NCBI GenBank assembly: GCA_964572965.1
Contig: CAZNHL010000009.1
Coordinates: forward strand, 4,836 to 68,835
Origin: an uncultured Bifidobacteriaceae bacterium
GTDB lineage: Bacteria > Bacteroidota > Bacteroidia > Cytophagales > UBA9547
DNA length: 64,000 nt
Reading direction: 5' to 3'
This document shows, one piece after another, positions 35,631 through 45,067 of this stretch. The position numbers and the translations under genes were made by a program. Under the pieces are notes generated by a model. It was not told the DNA's origin, ran no database searches, and saw nothing but the letters and a program-made list of their open reading frames with translations. Within the stretch, counting starts at the first letter, position 1. Every line of letters starts with the position of its first letter.

Positions 35631-36893
35631 TCACAGTACTGACAATGTTATCTTATGCCATCCACCCTCATACACATAACTCAACTGTAAATCATCATTC
35701 TCACAAATCTGTTTCACAATAGCCAGTCCTAGTCCAAGTGATTCAGAAGCCTGATTTTCTTTTTTAAACCTTTCAAAAAACTGCTTCGGATCTGCTGTTG
35801 GCTCCTTACCCGAATTATGGACAGCAAAACTATTTCTGGTTATTTGCACGTGTAAACGTCCACCGTTAAAATTGTGCCTTATAGCATTGCTGAAAAGATT
35901 GTTGACCAGAATTTCTGTCAGTCCGGGATTCATTTTTACCAGAAAATCCTCTTCGATGTTTACTGATACTTCAATGGTTTTATGCTGGAGCATATCTTCA
36001 TATTCTTCCAGTTTGCGAATTGCCAATGCTGTAAATGAGATTTCCAGCTTATGGTTAAACTGGCGGTTTTCTATTTTTGATAACAAAGACAATGCCTGAT
36101 ACATTTTGGAAATACGCCCTGAAGCCTCATAAATTTCCTGTATCCGGTACATCTGCTGCTCAGAAAAACCTTCTGACTGGATCAACTCCTCTACTCTGCC
36201 ATTAATAAGCGCTAGCGGTGTCTGTATTTCATGAGCGGCATTTTCGGTAAATTCTTTCAAACCCCGATAATCGCGACGCATCTTTCGGGTCATCTTTTTG
36301 AGTTCCGTATTCAGCTCCTCAAATTCCTGAATATTATTTCCATTAAACTTAAGTTCATGCGTATCTGAAAGGTGGAATTCTTTGATACTTTTCAAAGTCC
36401 TGTAAAAAGGTTTCCAGAGATCGCGGGATATTTTTTCCTGTAAGAAAAACATAACGATAAGTGCTGTACCGAACAGGGCGACCATTGTCATAGTAATACC
36501 TGCAACAAGTTTGTCCGATTCCAGAATCGATTTCCTGATCCTCACTTTATAGATACCCGAACCTCTTTTTACATTGAACCCGATTTGCCTGAAACGAACT
36601 TCCTGACCCGAATATTTATTCAGCATAACAGTGTCTTTAAATTCGGTCAATCCCGGAACAAAGACAGAAGACCTCTGCAGACTGACCTTATCCTCCACAA
36701 AATTATAGCTATTGTTCCAGTTGTTGTGTCTGGCAAAAAAACGTTCAAAGTCCATCCGCTCCATTTGAAGGCGGTCATCCACTTCACTATGGATAAGTTT
36801 ATTTGTAACAAAATAGAAAGCTGCACCAATAATTATATAAGTAAGCAGCGAGAAAAAAAGATAAAACAAACTGGTGCGCGTAATCAGCTTCAT
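35631..36893 (-). CDS. Sensor histidine kinase (HisKA, QseC/CusS-like)
   Basis: Two TM helices, H-box ENAAHEIQTPLA, N-box NLFSNAIRH, F-box FFERF, G2 GLGLAIVKQI. Confidence 0.95.
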   Translation of the reverse strand: MKLITRTSLFYLFFSLLTYIIIGAAFYFVTNKLIHSEVDDRLQMERMDFERFFARHNNWNNSYNFVEDKVSLQRSSVFVPGLTEFKDTVMLNKYSGQEVRFRQIGFNVKRGSGIYKVRIRKSILESDKLVAGITMTMVALFGTALIVMFFLQEKISRDLWKPFYRTLKSIKEFHLSDTHELKFNGNNIQEFEELNTELKKMTRKMRRDYRGLKEFTENAAHEIQTPLALINGRVEELIQSEGFSEQQMYRIQEIYEASGRISKMYQALSLLSKIENRQFNHKLEISFTALAIRKLEEYEDMLQHKTIEVSVNIEEDFLVKMNPGLTEILVNNLFSNAIRHNFNGGRLHVQITRNSFAVHNSGKEPTADPKQFFERFKKENQASESLGLGLAIVKQICENDDLQLSYVYEGGWHKITLSVL

Positions 36894-37567
36894 TCCTTTC
36901 CGAATTTATAGCCGATCCCATAAATAGAATGCAGGTAATCTACAGCCCCTTTTTCAACCAATTTCCTCCGCAGGTTTTTGATGTGCGAATAAACAATATC
37001 CAGCGAATCGGCCGAGTCTGCCTGATCACCCCAGAGGTGCTCCGCAATAGCTACCTTTGTTAGTGCCACATTCACATTTGACAAAAAATATAATAGTAAG
37101 TCGTACTCTTTTTTAGATAAGGCCGTTTCATGGTCGTGTACAAATACTTTTCTGGAAAGCAAGCTCACCGTGAGTTCATTATAAACAATGTCATTACTTC
37201 CACCAAAGTTTCGCCTGCGCATCAAAGATTTTACACGCGCATTAAGTTCCGATAAATGAAAAGGTTTAGTCAGATAGTCGTCAGAACCAATCTCCAACCC
37301 ACGGATTTTATCATCAAGTGAATTACGGGCAGAAATGATAATAACCCCCGTAGCCGGTGTGATTTTCTTCAACGCTTCTACAATACCAAAGCCGGTACCA
37401 TCGGGCAGATTAATATCTACAATGAGGCAATCATAAGTATAAAGGTTGATTTTCTCCAAAGCCATTTCATAGCCGTCTGACGTTTCGCAGATAAATCCCT
37501 CTTTGGAAAGATAAGACGATATACTCTCCGAAAGCCCCCTCTCGTCTTCTACAACCAACAGTTTCAT
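36890..37567 (-). CDS. OmpR-family response regulator
   Basis: LLVVEDE, IVDINLPDG.G, ISAR, GSDDYLTKPF and C-terminal wHTH (HIKNLRRKL...I.SIYGIGYKF). Confidence 0.95.
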   Translation of the reverse strand: MKLLVVEDERGLSESISSYLSKEGFICETSDGYEMALEKINLYTYDCLIVDINLPDGTGFGIVEALKKITPATGVIIISARNSLDDKIRGLEIGSDDYLTKPFHLSELNARVKSLMRRRNFGGSNDIVYNELTVSLLSRKVFVHDHETALSKKEYDLLLYFLSNVNVALTKVAIAEHLWGDQADSADSLDIVYSHIKNLRRKLVEKGAVDYLHSIYGIGYKFGKE

Positions 37568-37737
37568 ATGTTAAAATTTAACTGATTTACAGAGAACTTA
37601 ACTTGGTGTAGGTATGAGGATGTTTTTCCTTTTTCGTCCAACAAATTTGCGGAGCGAAAGGCCTATAAGCCTTAGAATAGCAATTATCCCTAACTCACGA
37701 TAAATTATTTCTCTTCAAAAACTCTGCAACAGGGGTC

Positions 37738-37758
37738 TTTCCAGAATTTTTCCAGATT
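37738..37758 (+). promoter_or_regulatory. Candidate OmpR-type tandem binding site
   Basis: TTTCCAGA repeated at 37738 and 37749 (11-bp period), just upstream of a TAATCTTG -7-like element at 37766 in the divergent TCS/efflux promoter. Confidence 0.5.
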
Positions 37759-37826
37759 CGATTCTTAATCTTGTATAAATCTATGGATTTTATAGGAAAT
37801 ATAAAAGCCCATGAAAATTGAAAGAG

Positions 37827-39212
37827 ATGAAGAGATTGCTGCAAAAAATTACAATCGCCACAACACTGCTCGGTTCACTTGTTTTCAATGCCTTTGCGCA
37901 AGAATACACCCTTGACAAAGTACTCGAAACAGCCCGACTGAATTATCCTTTGTTGAAAGCTAAACAGGCAGACGCTGCCAGTGCCGGCAAACGGGTAAGT
38001 CTGTCAAGAACAGATTACCTTCCGGTGATTACCGCACAAGGACAATACACTTATTCCTCCAACAATAACCTAACCGGTTCTTTTGTTCCGGGCGAGGGCC
38101 TTGGACTGGGTACTACCGGACCTCCAAATACAGCTGACAATTACGATGGTGTTTTTGGCTCACTGGCAAGTGTTTCGGTTGACTGGCGAATTTTCAATTT
38201 CTGCAAAGTACGTGCAGGAGTAAATGTTGCACAGAGAAACAGAGACATCTCCCAGGCCGACTATGACAATGAGCTATTTCAACATCAGGTACGCGTTGCT
38301 GATGTTTTTCTTTCAGCACAATTGAGCAGGAAAATGGTAATTGCACAGGAGAATAATTTCAGCCGTGCTTCACACCTGAAAAGTATCGGGCGTGCCGGTA
38401 GTCTTTCTGGTATCAGACCATCTGTCGATAGTTTGTTGTCCAATGCAGAATATGCCAAAGCATCACTGGCTCTGGCAGAAAGTTACCGTAATGACAAAAT
38501 ACAAAGGCTGAAACTGGCAGAACTGATCGGCACTTCGGGTGAAATTTCTGTAGATACAAGTTTTTATCAGCAACCGCTACCATCAAGCATTGCAGCTGCT
38601 GCCACAGAGTTGAGTGCGCACCCTCGCCTACGCCTGCAAAAGTCGCAGCTTGAAGCTACCAACTCACGTATTTCAGTGGTCAAAAGAACCTATATGCCCA
38701 GCTTATCTCTCGTTGCTACCGGACTCGCCAGAGGCTCAGGTATGTCCCGTACCGATGGTTCATATAATTACGACTTTGCCGCAGGTACACAATTCGGCAT
38801 GTACAATTACCTGGCGGGTGTGGCACTTCGCTGGAACCTCACAGGCCTTGCCCGCCTCCGCTACGACTATGGTAGTGAAAAAGCCCAGGCCGATCGTTTT
38901 CAGTATTTGTATGAAGAACAAGAGCTGATCCTGAAACGACAGGTCAGTGAGTCGGAAGTACAGCTTCAACTGGCGCAGAAACAACTACAAGTAGCCCCGA
39001 TCCAGAGAGCCGCTGCCGAAAAGGCTTATGACCAGGCAGAGTCTCGCTACCAAAACGGCCTTACTGACATCCTGATCCTAAACCAGAGCTATTATGTACT
39101 CAACAGAGCAGAAGTCGACTATTACATAGCAGTGAATAACTTCTGGAAATCGCTCCTCATCAGAGCCGCCGCCAATGGAGATCTGGAGCTGTTTTTAAAA
39201 GAAATTAAATAG
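37827..39212 (+). CDS. TolC-family outer membrane efflux protein
   Basis: Signal peptide, duplicated OEP halves, Y..A..RY.NGL.DIL C-terminal motif. First gene of the efflux operon; alternative TTG start at 37818. Confidence 0.9.
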   Translation: MKRLLQKITIATTLLGSLVFNAFAQEYTLDKVLETARLNYPLLKAKQADAASAGKRVSLSRTDYLPVITAQGQYTYSSNNNLTGSFVPGEGLGLGTTGPPNTADNYDGVFGSLASVSVDWRIFNFCKVRAGVNVAQRNRDISQADYDNELFQHQVRVADVFLSAQLSRKMVIAQENNFSRASHLKSIGRAGSLSGIRPSVDSLLSNAEYAKASLALAESYRNDKIQRLKLAELIGTSGEISVDTSFYQQPLPSSIAAAATELSAHPRLRLQKSQLEATNSRISVVKRTYMPSLSLVATGLARGSGMSRTDGSYNYDFAAGTQFGMYNYLAGVALRWNLTGLARLRYDYGSEKAQADRFQYLYEEQELILKRQVSESEVQLQLAQKQLQVAPIQRAAAEKAYDQAESRYQNGLTDILILNQSYYVLNRAEVDYYIAVNNFWKSLLIRAAANGDLELFLKEIK

Positions 39213-39226
39213 TGCCATATGCCTGG

Positions 39227-39277
39227 TGCTTAACGCGAAACGCAACGAATAATACTCTAAGCGTTCCGCATTAAGCA
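39227..39277. repeat. Intergenic 17-bp-arm inverted repeat (REP-like)
   Basis: TGCTTAACGCGAAACGC...GCGTTCCGCATTAAGCA; the two mismatches become G-U wobbles on the minus strand. Confidence 0.62.
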
Positions 39278-39298
39278 TTCAGCCTTAAGCAAAAAACT

Positions 39299-42200
39299 AT
39301 GAACAAACTTATCAAAGGCGCTTTACGAAAGCCCATTACAGTGGTAGTAGCCATTATTGCCACGCTGTTTTTCTCAGTACTCACACTGTTCAGGATTCCT
39401 GTGGATATTTTCCCGAACCTGAACCTGCCGACTATTTATGTGATACAGCCTTATGGCGGTATGGCACCTGACCAGATGGATGGTTTCATTGCCACCCGTT
39501 ATCAGGATCACTTCCTGTATGTATCAGGGATCAAAGACATGGACATCAAATCCATTCAGGGTTTGACGGTGATGCGTCTGGAGTTTTATCCGGATGCAGA
39601 CATGGCACAGGCCGCGGGTGAAATTGCTATCAACATTGCCAGAGCCAAATCCTACATGCCTGAGGGGACCGTGCCACCGCAGGTAGTTCGCTTTGACGCC
39701 AGCTCTGTTCCCGTGGGACAGCTTGTGTTCGAAAGCAGCACCCGTTCACTAAACGAAATACAGGATTTTGCTGCTTCACGGGTAAGACCGATGTTCTCCA
39801 AAATAGCAGGCGTTTCTTCACCTCCACCATTCGGGGGGAACCAACGCTCGATCGTTATCAAGGTTGATCCAAACCTGATGAAGAGCTACAAGCTAAGCGC
39901 GGAAGAAGTGGTGAAAATGATTGCTGCAAACAACCAGCCTTCTCCGGCAGGCAACATCCGTATCGGCGACAAAACGCTGATGACTCCGGTAAACTCTCTT
40001 ATCAACAAACCGGAAGAGTTTTTGAATATCCCGGTAAAACTAGGCAATGGGCCAACTGTTTTTGTAAAAGACATTGCCACCGTAGAAGACGCTGCTGACG
40101 TTACTGTGAGCTATGCGCTGGTTAACGGTAAAAGAGCTGTTTATATTCCTGTAGTAAAAAAAGCAGATGCTTCTACTTTGGAGGCTGTAAGCAATATCAA
40201 AAATGCTTTGCCTAAACTTCAGGATGCTGTTCCTGAAGACGTGAAAATCAGCTTTGAATTTGACCAGTCAGCTTACGTAGTGCATGCGCTAAAAAGTCTG
40301 ATTACCGAAGGTGTATTAGGTGCATTGCTTACAGGTCTGGTTGTTTTTCTCTTCCTCCGCGACTGGCGTAGTGTGATCATTGTGGTAGTGACCATTCCGG
40401 TTTCTGTACTGTCTGCCGTGCTGATGTTGCACCTTTTCGGGCAAACCATTAACACCATGACTTTGAGCGGACTGGCATTGGCCATCGGTATTCTCGTCGA
40501 CGAGTCTACGGTAACCATAGAAAACATACATCGCCACCTGGAAATGCACAAAACCAAAGCTCAGGCCATTTGGGATGCCTGTAAGGAAATTGCTTTCCCA
40601 AAATTCCTGATCCTGCTTTCCATCCTGGCAGTATTTGCTCCTGCCTTTGTCATGGAAGGAATTCCAAGATCCATGTTCCTGCCTTTGTCGTTGTCAGTTG
40701 GTTTCGCCATGATTTCATCCTTCCTCTTGTCGCAGACTTTCGTTCCTGTGCTTTCAAACTGGCTGCTGAAAAACGAAGCTCACCATGAAGAGGAAGATGG
40801 TTTTTTCGGAAGGTTTAAAGAACGCTACAGACATATCCTTAAAAATCTTTTAGGTAAAAAAAGAAGAGTAGTCAGCATCTATCTGGTAAGCTCACTGTTA
40901 GTAGCTGGTTTGGCTTTCACTTTTCTCGGAACAGATATTTTACCGAAATCAAATACCAAGCAATTTCAGCTGCGTTTGCGTGCACCCGACGGAACGCGTA
41001 TTGAGCGTACAGAAGAATACACGCTAAAAGTGCTAGATCTGGTAAAAGAGCAGTCAGGTGGCAAGGTGGACATCACTTCCTCATATGTAGGAACTGTCCC
41101 CTCAAGTTATGGTACTTCCAGTATTTACGTTTTCAACCGCGGACCACATGAGGCAGTATTGCAGGTGGCATTATCACCAAAAGTTAAAGGAAACATGGAT
41201 GAGTTCCGTGAGCAGCTTCGCAAAAGAATTGCTTCTGCTTTGCCGGATGTTCAGGTTTCTTTCGAACCAATTGAGTTGGTTGAAAAAATCATGAGTCAGG
41301 GTTCTTCCACACCTATTGAAATTAGCGTAGCTGCTAAAGACATTCTTGAAGCCAATAGCCACGCTAAAAAAATTGTGAACAAACTTCAACAGGTCTCTTT
41401 CCTGAAAGATGTGCAGATAGCCCAGCCGATGGACTATCCTGTAATGGACGTGAATATTAACCGCGAGCGTGCCGGACAGTTGGGAATCACTTCCACACAA
41501 GTGGCTAAGTCATTAGTTGCGGCAACTTCATCGAGCCGTTTTGTGGAGAAAAATCTTTGGCTCGATAACAAGAAAGGCCAGGCCTATCAGGTACAGGTAC
41601 AGATTCCTGAACACCTGATGAACGATGCCGGTGACATCAGCAGTATTTCTGTGAAAAACGGTGAAGCATATCCGCTCCTGGCCGATGTAGCAACCGTACA
41701 CGAGAAAGTCGGCCCGGGCGAATACGACCGTTCAGGTTCAAACCGACTTGTAACTATTACTGCCAACATGTATCAAAAGGACCTGGGTACAGCCTACAAA
41801 GCTGTTCAAAAAGTGCTGAAAGATATGGGAGATCCACCTCGAGGTGTCATTGTGGAAACAAAAGGCCAGACCAAACTTCTCAACGATACCCTTAAAAGTT
41901 TGCAGACAGGTTTACTGGTAGCTATTGTTATCATCTTCCTGCTCTTCAGCGCCAACTTCCAGTCGTTCAAACTCGCAATCGTGATCCTTTCTACTGTTCC
42001 GGCAGTACTCGCCGGTTCACTTTCACTGCTCTGGCTGACGGGTGCCACACTCAATCTTCAATCTTACATGGGACTGATCATGTCTGTCGGTGTTTCTATT
42101 GCCAACTCCTTATTGCTGGTAACAAGCGCCGAAGAAGCCAGACTGGAAAACCACAATGCCAAAGTCTCTGCCATTGAAGCCGGGTTAACACGTATCCGCC

Positions 42201-42466
42201 CAATCATCATGACCAGTTTAGCCATGATAGCAGGTATGATCCCGATGGCACTTGGCTTGGGTGAAGGCGGCGAACAGGTGGCGCCTCTTGGACAGGCGGT
42301 AATCGGCGGGCTCGTAGCTTCTACTGTTTCAACCTTATTGATTTTACCTGTTGTATTCAACCTCGCGCAGCAAAAATCTGGAATCAAATCACCTTCACTT
42401 GACCCGGAAGACCCTCAAAGTATCTTTTACAACAAACAAGAAATTTACTCTTATGAAGAAGCTTAA
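39299..42466 (+). CDS. RND efflux permease (AcrB/CzcA/NolG superfamily)
   Basis: 1055 aa; DIFP..LP, TM4 GLALAIGILVDES, TM11 TRIRPIIMTSLAMIAGMIPMALG, LGQAVIGGL. Confidence 0.95.
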   Translation: MNKLIKGALRKPITVVVAIIATLFFSVLTLFRIPVDIFPNLNLPTIYVIQPYGGMAPDQMDGFIATRYQDHFLYVSGIKDMDIKSIQGLTVMRLEFYPDADMAQAAGEIAINIARAKSYMPEGTVPPQVVRFDASSVPVGQLVFESSTRSLNEIQDFAASRVRPMFSKIAGVSSPPPFGGNQRSIVIKVDPNLMKSYKLSAEEVVKMIAANNQPSPAGNIRIGDKTLMTPVNSLINKPEEFLNIPVKLGNGPTVFVKDIATVEDAADVTVSYALVNGKRAVYIPVVKKADASTLEAVSNIKNALPKLQDAVPEDVKISFEFDQSAYVVHALKSLITEGVLGALLTGLVVFLFLRDWRSVIIVVVTIPVSVLSAVLMLHLFGQTINTMTLSGLALAIGILVDESTVTIENIHRHLEMHKTKAQAIWDACKEIAFPKFLILLSILAVFAPAFVMEGIPRSMFLPLSLSVGFAMISSFLLSQTFVPVLSNWLLKNEAHHEEEDGFFGRFKERYRHILKNLLGKKRRVVSIYLVSSLLVAGLAFTFLGTDILPKSNTKQFQLRLRAPDGTRIERTEEYTLKVLDLVKEQSGGKVDITSSYVGTVPSSYGTSSIYVFNRGPHEAVLQVALSPKVKGNMDEFREQLRKRIASALPDVQVSFEPIELVEKIMSQGSSTPIEISVAAKDILEANSHAKKIVNKLQQVSFLKDVQIAQPMDYPVMDVNINRERAGQLGITSTQVAKSLVAATSSSRFVEKNLWLDNKKGQAYQVQVQIPEHLMNDAGDISSISVKNGEAYPLLADVATVHEKVGPGEYDRSGSNRLVTITANMYQKDLGTAYKAVQKVLKDMGDPPRGVIVETKGQTKLLNDTLKSLQTGLLVAIVIIFLLFSANFQSFKLAIVILSTVPAVLAGSLSLLWLTGATLNLQSYMGLIMSVGVSIANSLLLVTSAEEARLENHNAKVSAIEAGLTRIRPIIMTSLAMIAGMIPMALGLGEGGEQVAPLGQAVIGGLVASTVSTLLILPVVFNLAQQKSGIKSPSLDPEDPQSIFYNKQEIYSYEEA

Positions 42467-43577
42467 TTATACACTTTTCCTGCTTGGCGGTTTGGCACTG
42501 CTGAGCGGATGTTCTTCGGAAGAAGAACTGGAAAATTCTATTTCAAAACATTCATCACATATTGCAACAACCGAAGTACTGGGCCTGCGCCCGGCCAAGG
42601 AAGTCGTAATTCCGGGAGAGTTGAAGCCTTGGGACAAAGTGGATATTTTCCCAAAAACAAAAGGCTTTATTAAGTCGGTAAAAGCTGACCGTGGCGCCAT
42701 TGTGCAGGAAGGGCAAGTATTGGCAGTACTCGAATCACCGGAGACAGTGGCGGAGCTGAACCAATCGAAGGCACAATTGCAAGCTTTTCAGGGAACATTA
42801 CAGGAGCAAAAAGCCAAGTTCCACGCAAGCAAATCGACTTACCTTCGTCTGCTCAAAACGAGCCAGACAAATGGTGCCGTATCGGCCAGTGAACTGGAAC
42901 ACGCCCATGCACGCTATATTGCCGACAGCGCTATTGTACTCAGCGGCATTGAACATGTCAATAGCGCGCGTGAGTTCTACAATGCCAAAAAGCAGATCGT
43001 CGACTACCTGACCATCACTGCTCCTTTTGACGGTGTTATCATGGAAAGAAATATCAGTCCGGGCACACTGGTAGGCCCGGAGCTAAATGGACAAAAGCCG
43101 ATGTATGTGTTGGTGAATAGCTCCAAACTACGTTTGACCGTGGCCGTGCCTGAAGTGTATTCTGGTTCTATTTCTAAAAAAGCTGTAGCAAGTTTTACTG
43201 TCAACTCATTGCCTGACCAGCATTTCAAAGCCAACTACGCACGTAGTGCCGAAAACATCGACAATCACGTACGTGTGATGCTCACTGAATTTGATGTGCC
43301 CAATCAAAATTATCAACTTAAGGCGGGTATGTATGCCGAAGTGAAAATTCCCGTGCAACGCAAAGGTCACACACTGTTTGTTCCGACCAAATCCATAGTT
43401 ACTTCCAGCGAAAAAGTTTTCGTGATTAAAGTAAAAGACCATCAGGCTGAATGGGTAAACGTCCGTCGTGGCAATGTAGTTGACACCCTCACAGAAGTAT
43501 TCGGCAATATCAAAGAAGGTGACAGACTTGTACTCAAAGCTTCTGAGGAAATCAGGGACGGGCAGAAGGTGAAGTAG
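42453..43577 (+). CDS. RND periplasmic adaptor (membrane fusion protein), lipoprotein
   Basis: Start ATG 42453 (MKKLNYTLF...LLSGC lipobox); G.I..V.AD.G..V.EGQVLA, TITAPFDGVI and L.AGMYAEV. Confidence 0.93.
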   Translation: MKKLNYTLFLLGGLALLSGCSSEEELENSISKHSSHIATTEVLGLRPAKEVVIPGELKPWDKVDIFPKTKGFIKSVKADRGAIVQEGQVLAVLESPETVAELNQSKAQLQAFQGTLQEQKAKFHASKSTYLRLLKTSQTNGAVSASELEHAHARYIADSAIVLSGIEHVNSAREFYNAKKQIVDYLTITAPFDGVIMERNISPGTLVGPELNGQKPMYVLVNSSKLRLTVAVPEVYSGSISKKAVASFTVNSLPDQHFKANYARSAENIDNHVRVMLTEFDVPNQNYQLKAGMYAEVKIPVQRKGHTLFVPTKSIVTSSEKVFVIKVKDHQAEWVNVRRGNVVDTLTEVFGNIKEGDRLVLKASEEIRDGQKVK

Positions 43578-43652
43578 TTGTTCGGTGTTTGTTGATTGTT
43601 GTTAGTAAAAAACACTCCAAAGGTTTGAATCTTAGGACTGTTTCTATTTTTT

Positions 43653-43692
43653 CAAATATTGCGAGATTATTTACAAATCTTGCAATATTTAC
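43653..43692. repeat. Palindromic site A (copy 1 of a direct-repeat pair flanking Fic-1)
   Basis: C-AAATATTGCGAGATT-ATTTACA-AATCTTGCAATATTT-AC: 15-bp arms with one mismatch and a 7-bp spacer. The right arm overlaps the Fic-1 stop codon. Confidence 0.9.
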
Positions 43693-44987
43693 ACATTATA
43701 GCTTTGTAAAACATCATCAAAGTTTTTTGATCTGATGAAGTTCTGTTTGATTTTATTTACCTGAATAATCTCCAGGAAACCCAATTCAACCAGCAGCTTC
43801 AGATCAGCACGCGCCGTAAAATTTGAGATGCTGAAACGTTTCTCTATTTCTTTGCTATTTAAAACCCTGTCGGCATCGTCGTTTACAATTTTCAGAATCT
43901 GAGCCATTCTGTCATTTACATTCGGGATCTTCAAAAACTTAGCGGCTTGTACTACTTCCTTCTGCTTTCTACTCATATAGTCCTTAAGCGCCTCAAAAGC
44001 CATTTCCATGGTTTTGATGTGGTAGGTAATAAAGTAGCTCAAATCATTGTCATCAATTTCAGTATACAGATATGCCTTTTCATACTGATTCTTACTATTC
44101 TGAATGATTCGGGATATCGACAAATATTCCGTCAGCCAATATCCTTTTTTCAGCATATACCAATAAAACAGCGCACGTGCCGTACGTCCGTTTCCATCAG
44201 TGAAAGGGTGGATCCAACCAATCATAAAATGAATTATACAACCTTTTATAATCGGATGGATAAAGCTCTTCGAATCATTATTAAAGAAAATACACAGTTC
44301 TTCAATTAGCTTTTCCAGTTCATCTTTCGGAGGCGGAATATGGACAATATCTCCGTTACTATTGTTGGCTACAAAAATCTCGTCATTCTCCCTGAAGTTG
44401 CCTTCTTCATTGGCATTATCCAGCGTTTTATAAGCTATCAGTCTGTGGATTTCAAGTAAACCTTCCGGCGTCAGGTCATCATTTTTATGCTGAATAATAT
44501 GCTTCATGGTCACATAATTATTCATAATCATCTGCTCCGATTTCGTTCTCGGCTTTTGCTCTTTCTGTATCAGTTCCTTGGCCTTCTTTCGTGTGGTATT
44601 CGCCCCTTCCATCTGGCTGCTGCTGATGGCTTCTTCCATAATGGAGCTGATAATAAACTTTGTTTTATCGGTTTCCGCAATGCTGATATTGCTACCCAAA
44701 GTACCTCCGATATTCAGGTCAAACTGATGCAGGGCACGCTGCATAAAATCAGTAATCACATAAGTAAACTGATGCTTCCCAAACTGCAGATGGCTTGCAT
44801 TGAGCGTTCTGTGTAATTTAACAGCATTCCAAAACTGGCTGGCATCGTGTGGTTTCGATTTATATTTGATCTTATCCCAATACAAATATTCGTCCTGGAC
44901 ATTTTTCAATACACCTGTCACCTGCAAATCTACCATGAGATTAACAGTAGTGCTGTCTTGCTTTGCGGATGGGGCTTTTTCTAACAT
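43689..44987 (-). CDS. Fic family protein 1 (class II, C-terminal winged HTH)
   Basis: Catalytic HPFTDGNGRTAR, inhibitory SSQMEG, C-terminal wHTH (KEIEKRFSISNFTARADLKLLVELGFL). Confidence 0.95.
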   Translation of the reverse strand: MLEKAPSAKQDSTTVNLMVDLQVTGVLKNVQDEYLYWDKIKYKSKPHDASQFWNAVKLHRTLNASHLQFGKHQFTYVITDFMQRALHQFDLNIGGTLGSNISIAETDKTKFIISSIMEEAISSSQMEGANTTRKKAKELIQKEQKPRTKSEQMIMNNYVTMKHIIQHKNDDLTPEGLLEIHRLIAYKTLDNANEEGNFRENDEIFVANNSNGDIVHIPPPKDELEKLIEELCIFFNNDSKSFIHPIIKGCIIHFMIGWIHPFTDGNGRTARALFYWYMLKKGYWLTEYLSISRIIQNSKNQYEKAYLYTEIDDNDLSYFITYHIKTMEMAFEALKDYMSRKQKEVVQAAKFLKIPNVNDRMAQILKIVNDDADRVLNSKEIEKRFSISNFTARADLKLLVELGFLEIIQVNKIKQNFIRSKNFDDVLQSYNV

Positions 44988-45014
44988 CTGATAGATTCAA
45001 TAGATCAATCTAAA

Positions 45015-45054
45015 CAAATATTGCGAGATATTGATATAATCTCGCAATATTTAC
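45015..45054. repeat. Palindromic site B (copy 2)
   Basis: C-AAATATTGCGAGAT-ATTGATATA-ATCTCGCAATATTT-AC: 14-bp perfect arms, same 37-bp length and same flanking C/AC as site A, 28 bp upstream of the Fic-1 ATG. Confidence 0.9.
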
Positions 45055-45067
45055 TTGAATTAATAGA

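Noticed and set aside
43654-45052. Interpretation of the Fic-1 flanking sites as the chromosomal dif site
   Set aside because: Arms are 14-15 bp rather than 11, they do not resemble the XerD arm TTATGTTAAAT, there are two copies, and they lie near a probable origin rather than the terminus.
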